A stretch of 62,499 nt of DNA, the filler included, from Globobulimina sp. (Eukaryota): the NCBI GenBank assembly GCA_003354225.1. It is 20 parts of 20 records of this genome, joined end to end, with 100 filler letters (N's around TTAATTAATTAA, not from the genome) between each part and the next. Parts side by side here need not be neighbours in the genome. Positions count along the whole stretch, not along the records: positions 46,957 to 49,985 come from PIVH01003964.1; positions 50,086 to 53,114 come from PIVH01003965.1; positions 53,215 to 56,243 come from PIVH01003966.1; positions 56,344 to 59,371 come from PIVH01003967.1; positions 59,472 to 62,499 come from PIVH01003968.1; 15 more parts are not named here. The stretch is one strand, 5' to 3'. A program made the translations under genes and the position numbers. This document shows positions 47,159-59,930 of this stretch, one piece after another (positions within the stretch are counted from its first letter, which is position 1; each line of letters begins with the position of its first letter). Below the pieces are notes generated by a model, which did not search any database, was not told the DNA's origin, and saw only the letters and a list, made by a program, of their open reading frames with translations.

Positions 47159-47873
47159 TTAAATTATACTTTCTGTTTGGTCTTTTATTGATTTGTACAG
47201 AAAGTTCCATTTAAACGATATACAATATATTTGTGAGAAAACACGAAGCGGAGTCTGTACTTCGCCACATATTTGTGAGAAGACCGAGCCACTCCCAATA
47301 AAACCACCACTTTGACAGCTTATATATCTCTCCTCCACTGAAATCCGTCTAATTTGCAAAGCCAACGCAGCGGCCGGCTCACATGGCCAATGTACATAAT
47401 AATCACCAGCCGTTACTTCTGTTATATATTTATCCTTTGCTGCAATATGAATATTTCCGGTGCCGCCACCATTTACGAACTGAAATGAATTTAAATTATT
47501 ATTACTATTTCCTTCCGCAATAACTTTCTTTATTTTATTTTCAATAAATTGCACCAATGCTTGCCTTCGTTGATTGATTACACTCATTTTCAACTATTCT
47601 TTTCATTCCACGCATTAACCAAAATGGATTATGATCCGGTAAACCAGCAACCTGTGCTCCAGAGCCCATAACGCCGGATAACTGAAGAAATCTTGACTGC
47701 AGAATTGCGTCCAAAATGCAATTTAAGTCATATTCATTGTATACATTGCTTCTGTGACTGTCCAATCGCAATCCAACACACTTTATTCTGTATGATATAT
47801 CTAAATCGATGCATATATTGACTTTATTCATAGAACCATTTGGTGTGTTTGAGCCAGCACTGCCACTGGACAC
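47159..47873 (-). CDS. Hypothetical protein(s), exon structure unresolved
   Basis: Two overlapping ORFs in different frames. No motif recognised. Confidence 0.3.
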
Positions 47874-48175
47874 TGGAACACAAAAGTCCTAAATCATAGA
47901 GCATGCGTATTCATATATTCGTATTTTGTATATTTGCACATCTTTTAATACTCCATTTGATATTTGCATTGCATGACGAATCAAATATGGACAGCGTATG
48001 GATTTTGTATCCATTCGGAGTCTTCAAATACATTTAAATCAATGAACATTGCCGGAACTGATATGTTGTTTTCTTTAATCATTTTGTTTAATAATTTATA
48101 ATTCCATGCTTTGTTTGTTTCAACATCATCTCCATAGTCAGCCTAAAAAACCTCAAAACTCTTTGATTTGCAAGT

Positions 48176-48865
48176 ATGGAAAGTATGGAACGTGCCTCTG
48201 CTGCTCAAGTCCAAGATGTATGGAACCACTGTGTATCTGGCATGATTAGTAAAGCATTGAATGCGAAGGATTATATGGAGAAATATATGGATATGGATGA
48301 TAATGACCCAGACAATAATATTTATCTCCGAAAATATATTAATGTGTCGAGAAATGTAACTGGTTTGATGACATGTTTGCGTTTCACTTCATGTGAGCTG
48401 GTATCAGGACATGAATTTTCATTATGGACCAGAGTGAAATGGAACGAGTATTATTCAGAATTTCATTTTCGACAAAGTATATATGAAATACAGGTCAGAC
48501 TCAATATTTTATTCATTGATATATATTATTTGATTCTTAATGGAGATTTGACACAAGATTTTGATGATAGATTAATATTTGATATTTTAGACTTTTTGCC
48601 GAGAACAATAGATGACAATAAAAATTATACTCTGTTGCTGGAAGACTATAAATTTAGACATTCAGTGAAAGGCAGAGATGTTGATACATTGGAAATGATT
48701 GCTATGCGATGTAAAATACCCGTTGAAGCCATGTATTATATGTTAGATATATTTGAGTTATTTCAGACAGAAAACAAATGGACACAATACATCAAACGCA
48801 AAATGCATAAACAAAATAAATGGGATATGAGGGAACAAATTGCATCCTTACGACAATCAGAATAG
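48176..48865 (+). CDS. Hypothetical protein
   Basis: 229-codon ATG-initiated ORF in AT-rich DNA. Confidence 0.55.
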   Translation: MESMERASAAQVQDVWNHCVSGMISKALNAKDYMEKYMDMDDNDPDNNIYLRKYINVSRNVTGLMTCLRFTSCELVSGHEFSLWTRVKWNEYYSEFHFRQSIYEIQVRLNILFIDIYYLILNGDLTQDFDDRLIFDILDFLPRTIDDNKNYTLLLEDYKFRHSVKGRDVDTLEMIAMRCKIPVEAMYYMLDIFELFQTENKWTQYIKRKMHKQNKWDMREQIASLRQSE

Positions 48866-49091
48866 TTAGCATTTCATTTGATAGTTCCATTGTAAAAACA
48901 GCTTAAATGCAAAATAACGATTTAATTAACATTATGCAAACATTTTTACTAATAATCTCCCATCAACAAATTGTATTTGAAAGTTGCTATATATCACTGT
49001 CATTGTGTTGCTATATTTTGATATTTTTGAAACATCCGCTTGGTTTGTTGGGTTAATTCTTCAACTTTATATATACCCCATTGAATCACTT

Positions 49092-49189
49092 CAGTCACAA
49101 CTATTGAGCTAATTTATTGTGGTGAGCGATTGACTCCAAAAGTTGAAGCCCGATCACCTTAATGAAACTTAGCTCAATAGTTGTGACTG
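49092..49189. repeat. 98-bp foldback with perfect 21-bp terminal inverted repeats
   Basis: cagtcacaactattgagctaa (49092-49112) pairs with ttagctcaatagttgtgactg (49169-49189). Inner ggtgagcg/cgatcacc also pairs. Confidence 0.9.
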
Positions 49190-49423
49190 CAGAGGAAAAT
49201 TTGGTCGACTTTATTGTAGGAATAAGTGCGTTACATCGTCGGCACTGGTAAAACCTCGATTGTAACGCGTTGTGTATGGTAAGTTTGAAACCTTGACACT
49301 GGTAAAACCTTTTATTTTTTTTTTCAAAAAGTAGTATATAGTATATACTAGTACTAGTACTACTACTATTTTCATCAAATATCGAATAAGGGTCTATCGC
49401 CCCAATTATTACACATTATATAA

Positions 49424-49985
49424 TTAATTCTCATTTAAAACAATGCTATCTCCTTTATAATTATCATATGTCAGCATACAAACAATCAAATAATATGTTT
49501 TCGCCAACCGTATATTCCTAAAAGCAATTCCTTGATCACTCCAATTTACTGAATATCCCATTTCTTGTTTTTCAAAATCAACTCTCATTTCAATCACATC
49601 ACCGGAACCCCATTCAATTCCATATTCTTCATCTTTTCCTAAATGGCATTTATTACCAACACATCCATCATATCCATAATCTATCTGCTTCCACTGAGCA
49701 TCAACATTCCTGTTTGATTGAATACCAATCCACATGTAACCACTCCTCCTTTCCTTACATGTCAACATCCATTTATATTTATATTTGCTGCTTGCCTCAA
49801 TTCCTATACTTCCAAATGCAGTGTGATGATCATTCCAATCACCACCACTGCTTGTAACAGTTTTGCCATTGTTTGAGATTGTAATCAATTTATTGGCAAT
49901 TTCGAATGTGTCTACAATATTTTTATAATAATCGCCATAATAATTATAACAAATTTGATTAATGGATATTGGGATTATTTTGGGT
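49424..49985 (-). CDS. SPRY/B30.2 domain protein, 5'-truncated
   Basis: AFGSIGI...YKWML...MWIGI...YGYDG...YGIEWGSGDVIEMRVDFEKQEMGYSVNWSDQGIAF. Confidence 0.85.
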
Positions 49986-50085
49986 NNNNNNNNNNNNNNN
50001 NNNNNNNNNNNNNNNNNNNNNNNNNNNNNTTAATTAATTAANNNNNNNNNNNNNNNNNNNNNNNNNNNNNNNNNNNNNNNNNNNN

Positions 50086-50609
50086 ATAGAATCAGTGAAT
50101 TTGAAAAGAATATGTTTGAAGAGTTAGTTGAAGAATATCATGAATATAATTCAGTGCATTGTAGTGATCAACAAATTGTTTGTGTTCAGCAAAATATATC
50201 GGATAAATATTGGAAAGAGTCGTATAAGATTTTGGATGAAATGTTAAAACAAACACAAAATGAAATTCTAAGTGGAAATACGAAGAACGACGAGAAAAAA
50301 ATGAATTTATTATTTTCAATGATTTGTAAGGTATTTAATGGTTATTCATTGTTAACAAAATATTTACATCAAACGCAATGGTCATATTGGAATAAATTGG
50401 CTGGAATATATGTATCAAAGAAAGGGATGGTAAGCCATACACCATCAACCTCATCATTATCTGCAAAAACTAACAACACCGGGAGTGGGTTAATGAGTAT
50501 GTTTTTATCATTATTTGGTGGAAATGGTGTTTTCCGATGGATAAAAGTGGTGTTGGCCAGTGTGTGGAGTATATTGCTGCTTGCCATTGGTTGGAAATTA
50601 CTTAATTGA
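50086..50609 (+). CDS. C-terminal part of a tail-anchored membrane protein
   Basis: Open frame ending in a hydrophobic helix VVLASVWSILLLAIGW. Confidence 0.5.
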
Positions 50610-50707
50610 CCATAATTACGCAAATTCTGCTCGATTGCATAATTTAAACTGCCGCCATTAGTTGAATTATATTTAACATACGGTACTAAAAGTTTTTTTT
50701 ATCTTGA

Positions 50708-51763
50708 ATGGCAACTGGTTACTTTCCCGTTGCGTTGACTGTAATTATAGGATTATTTACGATGACAGTTTATTTATTGGTGAAGATATTTCGAGAGAAT
50801 AATAAATTAAAAATAGAGTTAGATCGCATGACACAGCTAAGATTGGAGGAGAGGAAAGGCCGAACAAATGCGGAAAAATTATTGAGAGAAAATCCAAATA
50901 AGAGTATAAATAATAATTCGAATTCAAATACAAACATTGTGCAGCACATAAATTTGCGAGTCATTGGCACTTTTCATTCGCCATACAATAATAGGCGCGG
51001 TACGCCGAGACAAGGCGTATTAGCACCATCAGCAATTGGTTTTATTGAATGGAATTCATGGCTGCAAACACAATCCACTTTGGATGGTTTGGTTGAAAAT
51101 TTTTCGCATATATGGGTTATTTGGCAGTTCCATCGGAATACAAACAGCATTCAACGGCATTTAATATCAAATAATAACTTATCAACAAACTTAGGATGTA
51201 AAGCAAAGATTAAACCGCCACGTTTAGATGGTAGAAAAATTGGTATTTTCGCGTGTCGGACACCACACCGACCAAATCCAGTGGGATTAACAAAATGTAA
51301 AATTATAAGAATGGATTTTGAATTAAATAGATTGTATTTATCGGACATCGATATGATTGATGGTACGCCAATTATTGATATTAAACCATACATTCCTTAT
51401 TCTGACATTCAAAATGATGCATTGACACCAAAATGGTGCAGCAATGATTTATTACTGTTTGAGAAAATAATATGGATGAAGCCAATAAACGATTTGTTAC
51501 AAAACTCAACATACTTCAAGCAATATTTTGATATCGATACGGATTTAAAAGCATGTAAAGCAATTGCTATGTTTGAGGAGATTTTAATTCGAGATATTCG
51601 ATCGTTATATAGGCGCAATTATAAACATGATGATAATCAAATATTTGAATGCAACATATGTGACATTACTATAAAATATAATATATGCGATGCAAATAAA
51701 ATTGTAACAGTTGTTGAGGCAATTCTTAATGACACAGAGACATCATCAACGATCACAGCCTGA
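50708..51763 (+). CDS. TRMO: tRNA (adenine37-N6)-methyltransferase, TrmO/TsaA family, with N-terminal TM and coiled coil
   Basis: IGTFHSPY...GTPRQG, FSHIWVIWQFH, KAKIKPPRL, GIFACRTPHRPNPVGLT and DMIDGTPIIDIKPY. Confidence 0.93.
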   Translation: MATGYFPVALTVIIGLFTMTVYLLVKIFRENNKLKIELDRMTQLRLEERKGRTNAEKLLRENPNKSINNNSNSNTNIVQHINLRVIGTFHSPYNNRRGTPRQGVLAPSAIGFIEWNSWLQTQSTLDGLVENFSHIWVIWQFHRNTNSIQRHLISNNNLSTNLGCKAKIKPPRLDGRKIGIFACRTPHRPNPVGLTKCKIIRMDFELNRLYLSDIDMIDGTPIIDIKPYIPYSDIQNDALTPKWCSNDLLLFEKIIWMKPINDLLQNSTYFKQYFDIDTDLKACKAIAMFEEILIRDIRSLYRRNYKHDDNQIFECNICDITIKYNICDANKIVTVVEAILNDTETSSTITA

Positions 51764-51881
51764 CACTATTACTAAAAATAAACTTTTAAATTGTTTTGTA
51801 ATTTTTGGTCAACTTTAACAGACCACAATTGCGGAGTTGTAGAATCAACTTTAACAATGCACAAGGAATCTGAATATAATG

Positions 51882-52970
51882 TTAGGTGAACAGTAAAAAC
51901 AACCAGTCGTAGAATATTCTTTCCAATGGACGGAATTTGACGGACTCCACTTTATATTTTTCACAGATGTTATCCATTAAATTTTGTCCATATGTATTTA
52001 TTTTCGGTTTCCTTACAATATATTCAGGAGTCGGTGGAGTCAGTGGAGTTGGTGGTGTATATGGCGGAGTTGCTGGATATTGCACTGGCATTGGATATGG
52101 TATTGAATAATTGTTTGGTAGTACTACTTTTATATTCCACCAACTCGTTGCGTTTGATGCATTTGGTATATTATAATTTGGAATTAAATCATTATTTGGT
52201 GGTGGTGTATAACCAGTTACTTCGTCAGAATTCAATATATTACTCTCATCATTAATTACATTGTCTTTATCATTATCTAACTCTTTGCAGATCATTGAGC
52301 CATTATACATCATACAGGACAAATATCTGCGGAAATACTCAATAAACTCACACATTGCTAGTTCGGTGTATGTTTGTTCATTATCGTCTATTATAAAATG
52401 CATAAATGATATTATAAGATCGTGTTCAGTCCATTCCATAATAGGTATTGTGGACAATGAGTTATTATCAGATTGCAAATTGGAGAAAATAGTGAATAGC
52501 CATTCATATATTTCTGAATGTGTGTCAGTCTCAAAATGTATCGAAACATTTGCAGTGATATTCTTTGTAAACCGTATTAATTTATCACTGTTCACAGATT
52601 GTTGTAATTGTTCAATGCGTTCTTTATCTGAGATTTGTATTTTCAAATTGTTAACATCTGATTCTTGATGATCCAATTTAAAACATGTAGCAATTTGAAA
52701 TTGTGTCAATGGATTTATTGACTGCCATTTAAACAATAATGCATCTCTCAAATGATAGGTTGCGAATAATAATGTAAATAACGATGCGTTTTCAGGAATT
52801 GGTAATTGCAGTAAGTATTGATGCCAAAACATAAAACAAATATCCATGATGCTTTGCGAAATTATGCGAGCAAATTTATATTCACTTTCTGATTGCCGAA
52901 TATATCCATAAATAATGTATTTACATGTCTGAGATTTGCATGAAAAGTTACAAGCACTCATGACCGCCAA
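51882..52970 (-). CDS. Hypothetical protein
   Basis: 362-codon ORF with N-terminal IIYGYIRQ...IISQSIMDICFMFW and a Pro-rich segment. Confidence 0.6.
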   Translation of the reverse strand: MAVMSACNFSCKSQTCKYIIYGYIRQSESEYKFARIISQSIMDICFMFWHQYLLQLPIPENASLFTLLFATYHLRDALLFKWQSINPLTQFQIATCFKLDHQESDVNNLKIQISDKERIEQLQQSVNSDKLIRFTKNITANVSIHFETDTHSEIYEWLFTIFSNLQSDNNSLSTIPIMEWTEHDLIISFMHFIIDDNEQTYTELAMCEFIEYFRRYLSCMMYNGSMICKELDNDKDNVINDESNILNSDEVTGYTPPPNNDLIPNYNIPNASNATSWWNIKVVLPNNYSIPYPMPVQYPATPPYTPPTPLTPPTPEYIVRKPKINTYGQNLMDNICEKYKVESVKFRPLERIFYDWLFLLFT

Positions 52971-53018
52971 CTATTGTCCGTTACAACAAAAACGTAATAA
53001 AATAGATAGTTTATTTTC

Positions 53019-53114
53019 AATGGCTTCGGTAACACTACTTGCTTTGTCATTATTCATAGGATTTGCTAAATCTAATGTTATTGATTGTAATCTCGGTGCA
53101 AGTTGCGATTCAAC
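53019..53114 (+). CDS. Secreted protein N-terminus, truncated
   Basis: Signal-peptide-like MASVTLLALSLFIGFAKS, open to the contig end. Confidence 0.4.
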
Positions 53115-53415
53115 NNNNNNNNNNNNNNNNNNNNNNNNNNNNNNNNNNNNNNNNNNNNTTAATTAATTAANNNNNNNNNNNNNNNNNNNNNNNNNNNNNN
53201 NNNNNNNNNNNNNNAATAAATAATAATATGCCGATATTAAATTTGATTGTTTCTTGTTTAGCACTAGCTTTGTAGTCGATCCAATTTGTTTTGCTAATAC
53301 AAGGAGAGAATAATTTTAATGGACGTTCTGCGGACCAACAGAAACTGACGAAAGCATTACAAAAAGAAAGACGCACTCAAAGTGTTAGTATTCAAAGTCA
53401 AACAATTCACAGCAA

Positions 53416-55071
53416 TCATTTCTTGGCTCTCTCCCTCGCCATAATTATACCCAATTTTTTCCTCAATTTCCGACTTAATCCATCACTGTAAAAAAAGACA
53501 TAAAAAAAAGACATAAAAGAAAAGCGGAAACAAACAAAGAAACACAAATTTAACTGTTTTTTAATAACTTTCCAATTATCGACCAAGGCCTTAACATTTA
53601 AATTTAACTCCTCCACTTCCCGAAAAAACGCATTCTTATAATTATGCACAAAATCCATCACATTTAATTTCTTCAAAATGCGTTTTTCATTCAGCGAATC
53701 CTCGACAGTCTCACTCAAAATATTGGCAGACACGATTCCATTCTTTTTATTACCATCCAATGGCAGCACAGCAACCTCTCCATTCACTCTCTGTGTGTGT
53801 TGTATTTGTACTCTTTGCGCCAACAAAATATGTTCGCATTGTTTTGACTCTGTATCACGAGCATAAATCATATCATTTTCGTTTATTTTTTGCACAAAAT
53901 CGCTTTCCAATTCTTCTTCACTCGAACTCTCATCAAAAAACAACAAATCATCGTTCTCGAAGGTGGCGATTTCTTTTATTTTCCGCATTTTGGGTCTGAA
54001 AATTTTCGTTTTTCTCTCCATCGCTTCTGCTGTTTTTTCCATATTTAATCGCCTTTTGACAGCGCCGTCCATTTCTGCTGTGGCGGTAAAAAAAGATTCA
54101 AATGTATTCTCATCCAAATGTTTGACAATCTGTCCCCTTTCAATTCGATCTCGCAGTTTTTTTTCCAATCTCTGTGCTTTTATAGCTTTCATCACATCTT
54201 TGCTGACGATTTTATTTGCTTTTTTTTTTAGAATTTCTGCTTTATTCAATTCACTTTGCGCTGTGCCGTCAGCTCCGATTTGTTTTTGATTGACATATTT
54301 TGGACAATTATTAGCATGCCACCAATTATGAACCATTCCAATCGGTCCCTGCTCCCAAAATGTATTTATTTTTGGCGCCGTCCAATCTTTGCTTCGTTGG
54401 TCGTTGTCTTCATACCGATTATCCAAAAAATTCGACCATTCACTCTCTGTCGCATTTGCTTTGTTTATTAAATTCAATTTATTGTTGCCGTTTTTGTTGA
54501 GGTCCGATTCTGACGGTGTCACTGTCACTGTCTTTTTGGTCATGGGTTTGCTGTGGAAATCGGTGAAATTTATAAAATTTTCCCAATTTTCATCAATGTC
54601 CGGAGTCATAACTGCGATGGAAACGTTTTTATTTTCATCATCAGCAATTTTTAAAGTGGGTGCCGTATTTTGTACACGTTTTTTTGTGACAGTCTGATTT
54701 TGCCGTCTTTGATTCTTGGGATTTTGTTTTTGTTTTTGTTTTTTTGTTCTTGTTTCTGTTTTTTTATGTGTTAATTTTTTATTTGGATTGTCAGCAATTT
54801 TTTGTTGTTGCCTTTTGAGACTGGGATTTGGTTCATTGGTATCTGGTATTTTTGGTTTTTGATTGTTGGTATTTTCGAATGGATTGTTTGTAGTGGGAAT
54901 GTGATTATTTTTGATGGCCATTAATTGTTCCTGAAATGATACGAGTTGTGATTGGGTGAAGGATGAATCATTATTGTTAACATTATGATTGAATTTCCTT
55001 TTTTTCAATGATGGTCGTGTGTAACGTGACTTTGATGGGGGAAAGCTGCGCTTTTTTAATGTAGTACGCAT
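53416..55071 (-). CDS. Basic, low-complexity hypothetical (possibly nuclear) protein
   Basis: 551-codon ORF with an NLS-like PSLKKRK. A probable in-frame intron lies near 53488-53555. Confidence 0.65.
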   Translation of the reverse strand: MRTTLKKRSFPPSKSRYTRPSLKKRKFNHNVNNNDSSFTQSQLVSFQEQLMAIKNNHIPTTNNPFENTNNQKPKIPDTNEPNPSLKRQQQKIADNPNKKLTHKKTETRTKKQKQKQNPKNQRRQNQTVTKKRVQNTAPTLKIADDENKNVSIAVMTPDIDENWENFINFTDFHSKPMTKKTVTVTPSESDLNKNGNNKLNLINKANATESEWSNFLDNRYEDNDQRSKDWTAPKINTFWEQGPIGMVHNWWHANNCPKYVNQKQIGADGTAQSELNKAEILKKKANKIVSKDVMKAIKAQRLEKKLRDRIERGQIVKHLDENTFESFFTATAEMDGAVKRRLNMEKTAEAMERKTKIFRPKMRKIKEIATFENDDLLFFDESSSEEELESDFVQKINENDMIYARDTESKQCEHILLAQRVQIQHTQRVNGEVAVLPLDGNKKNGIVSANILSETVEDSLNEKRILKKLNVMDFVHNYKNAFFREVEELNLNVKALVDNWKVIKKQLNLCFFVCFRFSFMSFFYVFFYSDGLSRKLRKKLGIIMARERAKK

Positions 55072-55125
55072 TATTGCTGACTAAGTGTATAACTTCAAGT
55101 GAACTGTTTTTTTTTCAACAACTAA

Positions 55126-55955
55126 TGTCAATACTGTGTTGTAGCCGAGCACTTGTGAGTGCGTCATTATATTTAATAGGATGTATTTTGTTAATCCCCG
55201 CATCATCATTGATATTACCAACGTTTCCTATTAAACCATTGTATGTCGGATCAAATTATAGTTTAGGAATAATATTTTATGTAATTGCGTGTTCATTTTT
55301 GACAACTGGAGGAATGTTAGATTTTGTATTGGAAACAAATACATGTATTAAATTTAAAAAATTCAAAGAATTGGATCCATTCATAGCCGCATACGAAAAG
55401 GATTACATTGGCGAAAATAGCAAAGATGGGTACAACACATTGGTTTGGTGGATAGCTTTATTTTATCTCATTGGAGGGGTATTTTTTTTATTGGGCTCAA
55501 TTGCTTATTTACCTGTCTTTGATCATATTGCCTTAACTAAACCAATCACAATAACATTGATTGGAACATGGATATTTAGATTCGGTTCAATAAGTTATAT
55601 TTGTGGATCGTGCACCAGTTTGTATGAAATATGTATGCGTGATAATGATAGCGATGTCGATCAATCCACAGATTTATGTATTACAGATTTAGGACTGGCT
55701 ACAATGTTTAATCAAAAACAAAATAACACATTGCAAGACAAAGAGTGTGTAATTGCTGTTTGTGGATGGAAATCCGTGTTCTGTCTGTATATAATCGGTG
55801 CATTGTTGTTTATTGCGGGTGGTATATTATTTGAAATGGAACAAGATGGCGGTGAATTTATTTGGTTACTTGGATCTATATGTTTTGCAGTTGGTGCTAT
55901 CATTGGTTTTATTGAAACTGTCAAAACAAAATGTTTCTATCAAGTCTTGTCATGA
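55126..55955 (+). CDS. YrhK-like repeat multi-pass membrane protein
   Basis: Three repeats of Y(L/I)IG..(L/F)F..GS...G..(I/L)F..GS helical hairpins. Confidence 0.65.
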
Positions 55956-56041
55956 GGTTTTATAATACGATGCAGAATGTCTTTGAGTTGAGAGTTTGTA
56001 GTATTAAACCTAAAAAACTTTACTTTACTTTACTAGTATTA

Positions 56042-56243
56042 ATGGATACATATTTGTTCGTTGGTTGCTACACTCGCAAGATGGGCCATGCTGCGGGATT
56101 AGGAAAAGGGATATCTGTGTATAAATTTGATACCATAGATGGTACAGCTAAATATATAACAACTGTTGCTGAATCAGACTGTGGTTTAAACCCAACTGCG
56201 TTTTATATCAATAATAAAACAACTTATATTTATAACTGCAATG
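56042..56243 (+). CDS. Lactonase (6-phosphogluconolactonase-type 7-bladed propeller) N-terminus, truncated
   Basis: YLFVGCYT...GKGISVYKFDTIDG...NPT. Confidence 0.7.
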
Positions 56244-56594
56244 NNNNNNNNNNNNNNNNNNNNNNNNNNNNNNNNNNNNNNNNNNNNTTAATTAATTAAN
56301 NNNNNNNNNNNNNNNNNNNNNNNNNNNNNNNNNNNNNNNNNNNCATTTTGGAAAGCAAGAGCATGTTTCATTTATCTTAAATGACAGGAAAGTTTGTGCA
56401 CACAGTAATTGATATAATCTATGATCGGACTCTATGCATAAAGACTCTGGTTATATAAAATTAGCTAAAAAGGTGTGTTTTGCTATTTTCAATCTATATA
56501 AATTATTATGACACGCAATTAGGTTATTTCCAAAAAAATACAAAAAAAATAACAACATAGATACATAATAAAAAATTAAAAAAAAAACGAAAAG

Positions 56595-59371
56595 TTATTG
56601 AATTTTTGAAGCTTTATTTTTTAACTCCGCTAAAATGGGCACCAAAATTTTAGTTTTTTCAACTCTTTTATAAAAGGAAACAAATTTCGTGGCTTTGTTA
56701 ATATTATTCACACATCGAAGCGTATAAAGTGCTTTGCACGCCGCTCTCAAAATATCTTTGGCTCTCTCCGCGTCCTTATTGCCTTTCGCCTGATTCATTT
56801 TCTGCTTAATCCCTTTCATCAAATCGCTCGGCAACGTATCCAAACAGCCCACAATCGACGAACCATAAAATTTCGCAATCTTATACAAAATCTGATAAGT
56901 CAACATCTGAATATCCGGCGACTCGTCGCACAAACCATGCCGCAAAAACTTGATAAATTCATACAAATCGTACTTATGCGGCGTAGCAATGCTATCCAAC
57001 AACGAGTCCAAGCACAAAAACGCGCTCTTCCGCAACGGCAAGCCATCATCCACGCGATGCTTAAACGGACCCAAATCCACCTCACGAATCAAACTGACAT
57101 CGGTCTTTGTGCCCGCATAAATCACTGGCAATATGCCATCCAAATTGTTAATAATTAAGCGAATATTCACCCGGAAAATACTATTTATGCTCAAAAACGT
57201 CTGCCTCCGCACTCCCAACTCCTCATCGCCCAAAGTGCTCAAAAATCGGGTGATCGTAGTCTGAGGAATGTTGGTCAAGCCATATTTGATGGACTGGCAC
57301 ATAGTCTCTCTGGTATTGCAATCGTCGGTGGACAACAACTTCTCGATCTCGTCGAAGATCTTATTATCGATCAACGCGAATTTGCCCAAACACTCTGCGA
57401 TCATACTACGAACCCCTTCGTCTGCAGAGGACGAGTTGGATAATAACAGCGGCGTAATATTGCTCGAGAACGGTAGCAATAACTGCGATAATTTCGCGTC
57501 TGAGGAGTAATAAGTTATGATCTCTTTCAATGAGTTTAGTAATAAATACTGTCGATCGGAGTATTTATTGATCATTTGCATCAATGAGGGCACATACAAT
57601 CGCATGTTGCCCACAGCAATGTTGCCTAAGGCGTACGAGGCGGCATATTTTACAGACTCGCTGTCCACGGAGAAGCAGGCAAATATTTTGGCGGATAGAT
57701 CGCGATCAACCACAGACAAATCCTGCCCGGATTTGCCTAACTCGCCAATGGTTAGCAGCGCCACCACGCATTGTGCTTCATTCTGCGACATGGTCAATTT
57801 GATGATGTCCCCTGCGGCCGCACCACTGCTCGACGACAGTATCACCACACTGAGACACTGCGCGATTGCGGAGTACGAGGAACGCGTCAATTTGGGCGCA
57901 GACACCGCGATTAATTCATTTTTAATGGCGGCGAAGGATAATAATTTGCCTCCGGTCACGGTGCAGAATACGCTGAATAGCGATTTGATGGCATCCAAGG
58001 CAGTGCCTTGCAATAAAGGCGATTGTAAGAACTTATAACACGACGGGAATATGCAGCCAATGATGCAGCTTAACACGTTTTTGCTCGACGAGAGCTCCCC
58101 GGTGCCGCATTTGTTGATGATCTCGCGGTTTAACACCAAAATCAAGGAACATAAATGCAAGTCGTTGTCGGTGATATAATCGCAACATTGCTCAATCAAA
58201 ACGATTAATAATTTCTCATGGATGCGGGAGATGCTTTTGCTGCGACTGATGATTGTGGTCAATGTCGACGCGGACTGTTCTCGCAACGAAGAGGACGACT
58301 GTTTCAATAAAGAAGTGGCGGACTCCATCACTTTATTGATCACCAACGAGATATCGATGGATAACGGCGACGCGGATAAAATACTGAAACATTCTAAAGA
58401 GGTTTCACGGGTCACTTCGTTGTTTAATCTATGTACAAAATACATAATAAATACGTGGGAAAAAGGTGTTGTTTGCTCACAAACCTGTCATTTAACACAG
58501 ATATTGTACTATTTATCTCCTTCGCTAATAACTTATCACCGAACCGGGCCAAACACGAAGCGGTCGCTTTCAACGCAGCTTTCTTGACTTCCGCTTCAAT
58601 GTCCTTCAACGACAACTGTTTGAACGATATGCGGAATAAATCGACAATAATTCGATCAAAATTGCCGTCATATCCCTGGTCAAAGTCAGGTCGGACAATC
58701 TCACTGATCCTGCTCACCACCAACATCGCCCGCGTTTTGACGCGCGGATAGTTGCAATCCACCGCTTGTATGATCGCCGACGACAACGACTCCAAAATCG
58801 ACAAACAATCCGAATTCCGATGCCGCTGCAATATCAAATACAACACGTACAATGCACGCGATTTGAGCGCAACATCATTATTCTGCTCAATGCAAGTGAT
58901 AATTTCCGGGATCAACTCGTCGAAATACGCCTTTATCCCGTCCTCCGGCAACACATCGCAACGTATACTGCGCTCCGCTTGTCGCACCAACACCAAATCG
59001 CGCAAAATGCCCAACAATCCATTCTTGACTTTGGTGTCGGCCGTCTTGGACTTGAACTGAATGCAAATTTGCTGCATCATTTCCGGCAATTTCTGCGACA
59101 TTAACTGGAAGGAAGAGACCGCGCGGATCAACGGCGGCATCTCAAAGGGATTGTTTTCCTGCCGACCGAACGAAGACGTGCCTTGTTCCGCGATTATCGA
59201 CGCCAATAATAGCTCTTGAAAGGCGGTGAAAATGTTGAGTCGCACCGTGGTCTCGTGCTCCTTGAACCGATCCAACAGCGACTCGCAGATTTTCAAGTGG
59301 TACTGCTGCACCGTGCCTTTGTGCGTCTGGATGAAGGACGTCAGCATCTTGACGGCGGCGGTCCGCACCTT
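56595..59371 (-). CDS. CAND1: Cullin-associated NEDD8-dissociated protein 1, C-terminal part (intron 58484-58429)
   Basis: VRTAAVK, LLDRFKEHETTVR, DRLNNEVTR, AASYALGNIAVGN, EGVRSMIAECLGK and IREVDLGPFKHRVDDGLPLRKSAF. Confidence 0.96.
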
Positions 59372-59474
59372 NNNNNNNNNNNNNNNNNNNNNNNNNNNNN
59401 NNNNNNNNNNNNNNNTTAATTAATTAANNNNNNNNNNNNNNNNNNNNNNNNNNNNNNNNNNNNNNNNNNNNTTA

Positions 59475-59590
59475 TTGGGGCAAGGTATACGCAAACCGTT
59501 TCTGGTGACTGATTAAGGTAAAAATAATATAGGTTTGCCTTCGTTTCTCAGAAACAATAAAAATCTGACGCTGTAAACCGGATGCTCTTT
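59475..59590. repeat. Interspersed ~115-bp repeat, copy 2
   Basis: Reverse-complement homologue of 10965-11080. Confidence 0.9.
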
Positions 59591-59930
59591 AAAAATGTGA
59601 AGCTTAGTTTGATTACACTGAAAAATCACAAATGTTACAAAAATATTTAACAAAACGTTTTAGGTCCTGAAAAACAAGATCTCCCTACGAGTGTAGCAAC
59701 AAAGCACTTGGTATTTTGTTGGTGATGTTCTGTTTAGATTAGACATTTTTGCTTTATAGTAAAAATCTGTTTTTAAACAGAAAAAATCAGTTTTTTCCCT
59801 TAGAAAATAGATTTTTACGATAAAGAAAAAATGCCTATTGCATAACAGGAAATTTTGGAAAATGTTTTTTTTTTTTTTTCATTTCAAAAAGTTTTTTCTT
59901 AACCAACACAGTTCTCCTCCTATCACGCTA

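Noticed and set aside
56900-59423. Numerous antisense/overlapping ORFs over CAND1 (also over the Kelch gene, RAD50 and others)
   Set aside because: They are shadow ORFs of real coding sequence in locally GC-richer DNA, with no motifs.
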